DNA from: a virus
Taxonomy: Duplodnaviria; Heunggongvirae; Uroviricota; Caudoviricetes
Direction: 5' to 3' (one strand)
Virus record (IMG/VR): IMGVR_UViG_648276652_000012
DNA: 21,453 nt
This document shows, in pieces, positions 16,012 through 21,453 of the stretch. The first letter of the stretch is position 1, and the number at the start of each line of letters is the position of its first letter. The translations under genes were made by a program, and so were the position numbers. Below the pieces are notes generated by a model, which was given only the letters and a program-made list of their open reading frames with translations, had not been told where the DNA came from and searched no databases.

Positions 16012-16086
16012 TGGCGGGACAGCGTGGACTCGAACCACGATAAGAAGGTTAACAGCCTTCCGTAATGACCTTTATGCGACTGACCC
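16012..16086 (-). other. degenerate tRNA-like element (possible pseudo-tRNA or unusual tRNA, anticodon GUU if folded)
   Basis: Good T-arm (CGTGG-TTCGAGT-CCACG), perfect anticodon stem (GAAGG/CCTTC, loop CTGTTAA), 3' CCA; but a T-T mismatch in the acceptor stem and a poor D stem. Confidence 0.3.
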
Positions 16087-16087
16087 A

Positions 16088-16125
16088 AACAAAAAAAGCC
16101 ACCGTTGCAACTTAAGAGTCACTAA
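16088..16125 (-). terminator. putative tR'-like terminator downstream of the late promoter
   Basis: Minus strand reads gccgtt...gttgcaacggtggc followed by ttttttt gtttggg; the stem is imperfect but the 7-T run is clear. Confidence 0.4.
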
Positions 16126-16142
16126 CGGCAGCTTACCTTCTA

Positions 16143-16172
16143 ATTATGGCTAAATGGATAATTGCATGTCAA
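16143..16172 (-). promoter_or_regulatory. candidate late promoter pR' (sigma-70; consensus -35, 18-nt spacer, near-consensus -10) overlapping the Q 3' end
   Basis: Minus strand: TTGACA (plus 16167-16172) - 18 nt - CATAAT (plus 16143-16148). The Q stop codon lies between them; the T-run terminator follows about 45 nt downstream. Confidence 0.6.
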
Positions 16173-16668
16173 GGCTTTTAACAGCAACATGCTTAACTTT
16201 CTCAACACGTTTACGCATTTTGAAAGCATTTTGCATTGGCTGGTACAAAACAAATAACGACGCTTTCAGGATGTCGTCAATTTCGTTTCTACAGGTTGCC
16301 AGTGAAGGTTTTCTCCATCCCTCGCCACCACGTCCACACATCTTGCGTGGCTTTGCAGTCGCGTGATAGTAGGATGCAATTGCTCGCTTAGATGAACCAT
16401 GAGCGTAGTAGCTGAGGAGGATGCCAAAGGCTTTTTTGTCAATGCACATGACGGAATCGACGACCTGAGAAATCAACATTCCATCATCATCATTACACAT
16501 TGGCCTTGTCATAACTCTTCCCGGCTCTACGCTCTCCATGAACTTAGCTATTACGCTGCTCATGCGCTTTTCCAGACGACCTGAATAAACCCATGCGCCC
16601 CACAGTTCAAGCCAGCCATTCAGCCACTCGTGCTGTTCTTTGGTGAGGTTTAGTTCTCTTATGCCCAT
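16150..16668 (-). CDS. Q: late antiterminator Q (phage 21/82-type)
   Basis: Motifs ELWGAW, CNDDDGM and LLSYYAHG recalled from Q-family proteins; sits between ninG and the lysis genes. Start set at the ATG at 16668 (GGGAGAAGG upstream) rather than the GTG at 16725, which overlaps ninG. Confidence 0.8.
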   Translation of the reverse strand: MGIRELNLTKEQHEWLNGWLELWGAWVYSGRLEKRMSSVIAKFMESVEPGRVMTRPMCNDDDGMLISQVVDSVMCIDKKAFGILLSYYAHGSSKRAIASYYHATAKPRKMCGRGGEGWRKPSLATCRNEIDDILKASLFVLYQPMQNAFKMRKRVEKVKHVAVKSLDMQLSI

Positions 16669-16711
16669 GCGCCTTCTCCCTTGTGATCTGGAATGGTTTT
16701 TACTGAGAACG

Positions 16712-17323
16712 TCATGCGGCCTCACTTCTGCTGTTTCGCAGGTCTTTGAGTTTCTGCTGATACTCCGCCTTGATGGCCCTGCACTCTTCGACAGTCCAGC
16801 GATGGCGGTTATGGTTTGATTCGATTTCGTCTACTGCTTCCTGCCCGATGCGGCTAATCAGTTCGACGCGATACGGAACGAGATTTCCGCTTTTGTGCTG
16901 GTTGCACACCACGCATTGCTTGTGAATATTGCGTTCATCAAATCGGAGTTGAGGTGCCGCAGCAGTTGTCCGGTAATGTCCGGCATCCCACTGAGCAGAC
17001 GTGAGCGTTCCGCACGAGATACATGGTAAGTCGCGGTCTCTTTCTCTGATGAAGGCGTTTACGGCTTGTTGGGCTTGTTTAATCCAGTAACTGCGGGGCT
17101 TTAAGGCGAGTTTTCGAATCTTAAGTTTATCTTTCTGTTTCTGCTCCTCTCGTCGTCGTTTCTTCTCTGCTGCTTTTTCCGCTTTTTCGCGTTCTTTACT
17201 TCGTCGTTCGAGTGCTATCTTGGTTCCACACTCTGGAGAGCACCACCACTGATTAGCGAATGCAGGATGAAACCATTCCCGACATTCTTCGTTTTTACAT
17301 CGTCTTCGCGCTTGTTTAGCCAT
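16712..17323 (-). CDS. ninG: NinG (Rap) recombination-associated protein
   Basis: 203 aa, [33 protein letters not shown]..., recognised from memory as nearly identical to lambda NinG. Confidence 0.9.
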   Translation of the reverse strand: MAKQARRRCKNEECREWFHPAFANQWWCSPECGTKIALERRSKEREKAEKAAEKKRRREEQKQKDKLKIRKLALKPRSYWIKQAQQAVNAFIRERDRDLPCISCGTLTSAQWDAGHYRTTAAAPQLRFDERNIHKQCVVCNQHKSGNLVPYRVELISRIGQEAVDEIESNHNRHRWTVEECRAIKAEYQQKLKDLRNSRSEAA

Positions 17324-17592
17324 TATGGTTCGCTCCAGTAATTCTCAATTGCAGCAGCCATTCTCTGCATCCACTCAGCCAGCTTTAACGCGGCTTCTCT
17401 TTCAGAACCACATTTAGGGAAATCCTTCATTTCCATGCTGGCCTTATATGTTCTGAATGCTAGGTCTCCGGTAATAACCAGCTCCTGATCAAGCACCGAG
17501 CGTTTATTCCGGTGTTGAACGTAATAGACAGATTCAGTCCGCATTTCTTCTCTGTCTTTTTTGAAGGAAATAAGCTCAGAGAAATCACTCAT
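17323..17592 (-). CDS. hypothetical nin-region protein (89 aa)
   Basis: ORF translationally coupled on both sides: its ATG overlaps the ninF 3' end and its TAA overlaps the ninG ATG (TAATG). Not present in lambda at this position as far as I recall. Confidence 0.55.
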   Translation of the reverse strand: MSDFSELISFKKDREEMRTESVYYVQHRNKRSVLDQELVITGDLAFRTYKASMEMKDFPKCGSEREAALKLAEWMQRMAAAIENYWSEP

Positions 17593-17761
17593 CGTCTTCT
17601 TCCTCGTACATTGAGCTATTCGGATCGCTCATCAGTTCTGCGCAGCAATCGGAGCACACGTGAACTTCCAGCACATGCAGCTTCTGACCGCAGTTAGCGC
17701 ACGTTAAAGCCCGCTCGACGCTTTCTTTCTGGTATTGAAGGGATTGGGATGGGCTAAGCAT
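17585..17761 (-). CDS. ninF: NinF
   Basis: Manually translated 58-aa ORF (below the ORF-track cutoff): [58 protein letters not shown]; recognised from memory as lambda NinF-like. Confidence 0.8.
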   Translation of the reverse strand: MLSPSQSLQYQKESVERALTCANCGQKLHVLEVHVCSDCCAELMSDPNSSMYEEEDDE

Positions 17762-18119
17762 TATTGGCGTCCTGCATCATGAGAAAGACAATCATGGCAG
17801 CGCGGAGTGGGTTTTCATCTTGAGTCATATGATATGGGGTACTATCACTGCCAACTTTTCTATGCGCAGCCTTCCATAATCCATTTTCTGGCGCTGGAAT
17901 AATGCCAATTCTGTTCTCTACGATAATCGGCTCTGCGTCTGACGGGCTTTTACAGTAATCAACCGCTTTTATTGCATAACCAGTTTCGTCATCCCACTCA
18001 ACACCAACGATTGATGTTCCCAACTTTGCGATTTCGCAATCTTCGGGAGCAAATCCACAGCAAATTGCCACTCGCTTGTTAATTTCAAAATCACTTAACT
18101 GTGAATAATCCATTGTCAT
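17754..18119 (-). CDS. hypothetical nin-region protein (121 aa)
   Basis: ORF between ninE and ninF; start set at the ATG at 18119, which overlaps the ninE stop (ATGA). Confidence 0.55.
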   Translation of the reverse strand: MTMDYSQLSDFEINKRVAICCGFAPEDCEIAKLGTSIVGVEWDDETGYAIKAVDYCKSPSDAEPIIVENRIGIIPAPENGLWKAAHRKVGSDSTPYHMTQDENPLRAAMIVFLMMQDANNA

Positions 18120-18292
18120 TTCCTCGCACGATGTCTTAGCCACCGGATATCCCACAGGTGAGCCGTGTAGTTGAAGGTTTTTACGTCAGATTCTTTTGGG
18201 ATTGGCTTGCGTTTATTTCTGGAGCGTTTCGTTGGAAGGTATTTGCAGTTTTCGCAGATGATGTCGGTGAAACTTCGTCGCTGTCGCCTCAT
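18116..18292 (-). CDS. ninE: NinE
   Basis: 58 aa, [58 protein letters not shown]; recognised from memory as lambda NinE-like. ATG overlaps the methylase stop (ATGA). Confidence 0.85.
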   Translation of the reverse strand: MRRQRRSFTDIICENCKYLPTKRSRNKRKPIPKESDVKTFNYTAHLWDIRWLRHRARK

Positions 18293-18816
18293 GCCGCCCT
18301 CCTGACGCCCTGCCCGATCGCTATCAATGCCGCTTTGGATACGGTAGTAAACATCCGTCGAGGACTGATGAACGGTCGCCAAATCAGCAGCATGGAGCCT
18401 TTGCTGTTTCCCTTCTTCTCCAGCCCCGTCGATGGTTCGATAAAATTAATCCGTCCATCAGTGATAATGCGAACTTCGTCGACACTCTCCAGAGCCTTGC
18501 TGAACCATCCGACTGACATATCCTCTGGCACAAGCATCACTACCGTCTGTCGCTGTTGTATGCACTGCTCAGCGGCTTTTTCCACCCACGGCCTGATATT
18601 GCTGTACGGTGGGTTATTCCAGATTGCACCGTGGCTTACCCACTCAGAATTGAGCGCGTCGTCGGCCTCAGTTAGCCAGTGAGCACACAGAGCATTTTTG
18701 TCGCTCGCTGCCGAATCCAGCCAGAATCCAAACTCAATATCCAGTGCATCAAAAAGCCAAAGCGGCGTTTGCCAGCAGTCCTTGTCGTGTGCTGGCGTAT
18801 TTGATTTGATAGTCAT
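18289..18816 (-). CDS. phage-type DNA N6-adenine methyltransferase (Dam-like)
   Basis: 175 aa with DKDCWQTP near the N-terminus and the NPPY catalytic motif; ATG at 18816 overlaps the ninB stop (ATGA). Occupies the slot where lambda has ninC/ninD. Confidence 0.8.
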   Translation of the reverse strand: MTIKSNTPAHDKDCWQTPLWLFDALDIEFGFWLDSAASDKNALCAHWLTEADDALNSEWVSHGAIWNNPPYSNIRPWVEKAAEQCIQQRQTVVMLVPEDMSVGWFSKALESVDEVRIITDGRINFIEPSTGLEKKGNSKGSMLLIWRPFISPRRMFTTVSKAALIAIGQGVRRAA

Positions 18817-19253
18817 GCAGCCCGATCTCCCCATCTCGCTTTCCACTCCAGAGCCAGTCTCGCTTCGTCTGACCACTTAACGCCACGCTCTGTACCGAAT
18901 GCCTGTATAAGCTCTAATAGCTCCGCAAATTCGCCTACACGCATCCTGCTGGTTGACTGGCCTATTACCACAAAGCCATTCCCGGCAAGGTTAGGAACAA
19001 CATCCTGCTGCTTTAATGCTGCGGTAAACACACACTTCCAGCTTTCTGCATCCAGCCAGCGACCATGCCATTCAACCTGACGAGAGACGTCACCTAAGCA
19101 GGCCCATAGCTTCCTGTTTTGGTCTAAGCTGCGGTTGCGTTCCTGAATGGTTACTACGATTGGTTTGGTTGGGTCTGGAAGGATTTGCTGTACTGCGTGA
19201 ATAGCGTTTTGCTGATGTGCTGGAGATCGAATTTCAAAGGTTAGTTTTTTCAT
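18813..19253 (-). CDS. ninB: NinB (Orf) recombination protein
   Basis: 146 aa, MKKLTFEIRSPAHQQNAIHAVQQILPDPTKPIVVTIQERNRSLDQNRKLWACLGDVSRQVEWHGRW...; recognised from memory as lambda NinB. Confidence 0.9.
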   Translation of the reverse strand: MKKLTFEIRSPAHQQNAIHAVQQILPDPTKPIVVTIQERNRSLDQNRKLWACLGDVSRQVEWHGRWLDAESWKCVFTAALKQQDVVPNLAGNGFVVIGQSTSRMRVGEFAELLELIQAFGTERGVKWSDEARLALEWKARWGDRAA

Positions 19254-19267
19254 GACTTCCCTCTCCC

Positions 19268-19301
19268 CCAAATAAAAAGGCCTGCGATTACTAGCAGGCC
19301 T
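19268..19301 (-). terminator. tR2-like rho-independent terminator between ren and ninB
   Basis: Minus strand: AGGCCTGC-tagtaatc-GCAGGCCT (perfect 8-bp stem) followed by ttttatttggg; same position as lambda tR2. Confidence 0.7.
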
Positions 19302-19326
19302 GTTATTAGCTCAGTAATGTAGATGG

Positions 19327-19617
19327 TCATCTTTTAACTCCATATACCGCCAATACCCGTTTCATCGCGGCACTCTGGCGACACTCCTTAAAAATCAGGT
19401 TCGTGCTCATCTTTCCTTCCCGTTCTTCCCTGGTAGCAAACCGGTAATACACCGTTCGCCAGACCTTACCTTCGATAACCAGAAGACCTGCCCGTGCCAT
19501 TTTAGCCGCAGCCTGATTTATGCTGGTTACTGTTGCGCCTGTTACCGCGGCAACGTCCTGCGCACAGAAGCTCTTATGCGTCCCCAGGTAATAAATAATT
19601 GCCTCTTTGCCCGTCAT
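19327..19617 (-). CDS. ren: Ren protein
   Basis: 96 aa, MTGKEAIIYYLGTHKSFCAQDVAAVTGATVTSINQAAAKMARAGLLVIEGKVWRTVYYRFATREEREGK...; recognised from memory as lambda Ren. Start overlaps the P stop (ATGA). Confidence 0.9.
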   Translation of the reverse strand: MTGKEAIIYYLGTHKSFCAQDVAAVTGATVTSINQAAAKMARAGLLVIEGKVWRTVYYRFATREEREGKMSTNLIFKECRQSAAMKRVLAVYGVKR

Positions 19618-20315
19618 ACACTTGCTCCTTTCAGCCCAAACTTAGCTTTGATTTCTGCGATCTTCGCCAGAGCCTGTGCACGATTTAGAGGTCTACCGCC
19701 CATGACAGGAAGTTGTTTTACTGGTTCAGGGATCGCCTCACCACGGTTAATTCTCGCAGTCATATGGACAAGCTCATCTGCGGCCTTACGGCGTAATTCC
19801 GCATCAGTAAGCGCATTGGCCCTCATGTTCTGATACAGGTTGGTAACCAGCCAGTAGTGCGCGTTTGATTTCCACGGATAAGACTCCGCATCCGGATACA
19901 GGCCTCGCTTCCGGCAATACTCGTAAACCATATCAACCAGCTCGCTGACGTTTGGTAGTCCGGCGATAACGGATGCTTCTTCCCGGCACCATGCAACAAA
20001 CTGCCCGGGTGATGGCAGAAATGGTCGATTCTGCCGACGGGCTACGCGCATTCCTGCGTTAACCTGTTCCATTGTGGTGATCCCGTTTTCCCGGAAAGCC
20101 AGCACCCACTGGCGGCGGATTTCGTTCAGTTCGTTCTGGTCACGGTTAGCCAGGCTCGCCGGGAAAGTTGCCAGTAACTGGCTGAACACACCGTTGATGA
20201 TCTGCGCTACCTGCTGTACCTGCGGCTTTTCGTCGTACTGTTCCGGCATGTTGTTGGCGATCCGACGCATCTGCTCACGGTCAAAGTTAACCATCTGTGC
20301 GGCGATGTTTTTCAT
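19614..20315 (-). CDS. P: replication protein P (DnaB helicase loader)
   Basis: 233 aa, MKNIAAQMVNFDREQMRRIANNMPEQYDEKPQVQQVAQIINGVFSQLLATFPASLANRDQNELNEIRRQW...; recognised from memory as lambda P. Start overlaps the O stop (ATGA). Confidence 0.95.
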   Translation of the reverse strand: MKNIAAQMVNFDREQMRRIANNMPEQYDEKPQVQQVAQIINGVFSQLLATFPASLANRDQNELNEIRRQWVLAFRENGITTMEQVNAGMRVARRQNRPFLPSPGQFVAWCREEASVIAGLPNVSELVDMVYEYCRKRGLYPDAESYPWKSNAHYWLVTNLYQNMRANALTDAELRRKAADELVHMTARINRGEAIPEPVKQLPVMGGRPLNRAQALAKIAEIKAKFGLKGASV

Positions 20316-21211
20316 AGATCCACCCCGTAAATCCAGTCTGTGTTTGTCAGGTCGAGTTTTGGTTTGCTGGCTGTCACGACTGCCTGTTGCTTGTTACGGT
20401 TGATTTCGAGCTGGGTCCACTTGTCGCGGAGTTTGGCCGGACTCAGCACGTTACCGGACCAGAAGTTGTCCTGGCAGGCCCAGCGGAACAGCACGCACAT
20501 GTCGCGGTGGTTACGTCCGTCACGTTCACGCATCAGGCGGATATCGTTAGCCCACCCTGCAAAATTCGGTTTTCTGGCTGATGGCGCGATGGTCTTCACC
20601 ATGTCAAACATCCACTCTGCGGCGGTCAGGTCTTCTGCTGTCCCCCACTTGCTGCCGCTCTGAATTGCAGCATCCGGTTTAACCACAGAAAGATCGTTTT
20701 CTGGCTGGTCAGAGGATTCGCCAGAATTCTCGGACGAATAATCTTTTCTTTTTTCTTTTGTAATAGTGTCTTTTGTGTCCCCCTGTTTTGAGGGATAGTA
20801 ATCCCCCAATTTGAGGGATGTTTTATCCCTCGTTTTAGGGGATTTTCCCTCGTTTTGAGGGATACACCATTCTGAGATGTTTTTATTTGGTCCAAACATG
20901 CCGCCTTGCTGCTTGATAATATTCATTCTGACGAGTTCTAACTTGGCTTCATTGCACCGTTTGACAGGTAACTTTGTAATCTCGCTAAGTTGAGAATCGG
21001 TGATTCTGTCCATTGGTTTATTCCACCCATAGGTTTTACGCAGAATGGCAAGCAGCACTTTAAACTGTCGCTTGGTCAGATCTGCGCCCGAATAAGCCTC
21101 AAGCAGCATATTTGATAGTCTGGCGTAACCATCATCGAGATCTGCCACATTACGCTCCTGTCCGGCAAAGTTACCTCTGCCGAAGTTGAGTATTTTTGCT
21201 GTATTTGTCAT
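20312..21211 (-). CDS. O: replication initiator protein O
   Basis: 299 aa, MTNTAKILNFGRGNFAGQERNVADLDDGYARLSNMLLEAYSGADLTKRQFKVLLAILRKTYGWNKP...; recognised from memory as lambda O; iteron repeats lie inside the coding sequence. Confidence 0.95.
   Translation of the reverse strand: MTNTAKILNFGRGNFAGQERNVADLDDGYARLSNMLLEAYSGADLTKRQFKVLLAILRKTYGWNKPMDRITDSQLSEITKLPVKRCNEAKLELVRMNIIKQQGGMFGPNKNISEWCIPQNEGKSPKTRDKTSLKLGDYYPSKQGDTKDTITKEKRKDYSSENSGESSDQPENDLSVVKPDAAIQSGSKWGTAEDLTAAEWMFDMVKTIAPSARKPNFAGWANDIRLMRERDGRNHRDMCVLFRWACQDNFWSGNVLSPAKLRDKWTQLEINRNKQQAVVTASKPKLDLTNTDWIYGVDL
20735..20864. other. lambda-type replication origin: four iterons plus adjacent AT-rich region, inside the O gene
   Basis: Four 18-19 bp iterons, each itself an inverted repeat (atccctc...gagggat), at about 20778-20796, 20801-20819, 20825-20843 and 20847-20864; A/T-rich tract at 20735-20777. 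Confidence 0.85.
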
Positions 21212-21213
21212 AA

Positions 21214-21453
21214 TGAACCGCCCCGGGTTTCCTGGAGAGTGTTTTATCTGTGAACTCAGGCTGCCAGATCATCGTTTCCGATGGAAGCATAATAAGCTTT
21301 TTCTGCTTCTGCCGGTGGGATATGGCCCAGCCTTTCCAGCAATCGTCGATTGTTATACCAGTCCACCCACGTGAGTGTGGCCAGCTCCACTTCTGTCCGG
21401 TTTTTCCAGCTCTTACGGTGTATTACCTCCGCTTTGTAAAGGCCATTGATGCT
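21214..21453 (-). mobile_element. IS3-family insertion sequence, one end (element continues right of the window)
   Basis: Terminus begins TGAACCGCC... at 21214, 2 bp from the O start codon; contains the transposase 3' end. The exact boundary is inferred. Confidence 0.7.
21256..21453 (-). CDS. IS3-family transposase OrfB C-terminal fragment
   Basis: Minus-strand translation ...SINGLYKAEVIHRKSWKNRTEVELATLTWVDWYNNRRLLERLGHIPPAEAEKAYYASIGNDDLAA with stop at 21258-21256; typical DDE-transposase C-terminus of the IS3 family. Confidence 0.8.
   Translation of the reverse strand, partial: SINGLYKAEVIHRKSWKNRTEVELATLTWVDWYNNRRLLERLGHIPPAEAEKAYYASIGNDDLAA

Noticed and set aside
16668-16725. Longer N-terminal extensions of Q (GTG at 16725), the capsid gene (5241), the methyltransferase (18876), ninE (18382), the unknown nin ORF (18155), Rz (15115), trkG (14519) and the GT-A-like gene (12143)
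   Set aside because: Each extension overlaps the upstream gene, starts at GTG/TTG or lacks a Shine-Dalgarno, while an internal ATG with a good ribosome-binding site and start/stop coupling is available.
253-21213. The whole IS-bracketed block as a composite transposon
   Set aside because: The two flanking elements belong to different IS families (IS2 and an IS3-family element), so they cannot act as a matched pair; more likely independent insertions into a prophage.

Overview
This window reads as a lambdoid prophage segment, with every phage gene on the minus strand, bracketed by two insertion sequences. From right to left: an IS3-family element ends 2 bp upstream of the phage O start; lambda-like replication genes O (with internal ori iterons) and P; ren; the tR2 terminator; a nin region (ninB, a phage Dam-type adenine methyltransferase, ninE, two uncharacterised ORFs, ninF, ninG); an antiterminator Q with a strong late promoter and terminator; one clear tRNA and one degenerate tRNA-like element; a phage-21-type lysis cassette (pinholin, SAR endolysin, Rz with embedded Rz1); an AT-rich cargo gene encoding the TrkG potassium transporter with its own terminator; a ParB-like nuclease-domain gene followed by a GT-A-like putative glycosyltransferase and a small ORF; then small and large terminase, portal, MuF-like head protein, scaffold, major capsid, four head-tail joining genes, major tail protein and a G/GT tail chaperone pair. 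The IS2 right end interrupts what looks like the start of the tape-measure gene. The lambda-like and lysis proteins, TrkG and the IS2 transposase were recognised from memory of their sequences; no search or alignment was run. The most interesting items are the ParB-like/GT-A-like cassette next to the packaging genes, two -1 frameshift sites (a canonical one in G/GT and a second at an A7 run in the scaffold gene), and a periodic T-tract/GCGCA repeat array inside the small terminase gene. No CRISPR array was seen and no plus-strand gene could be supported apart from the IS2 fragment.
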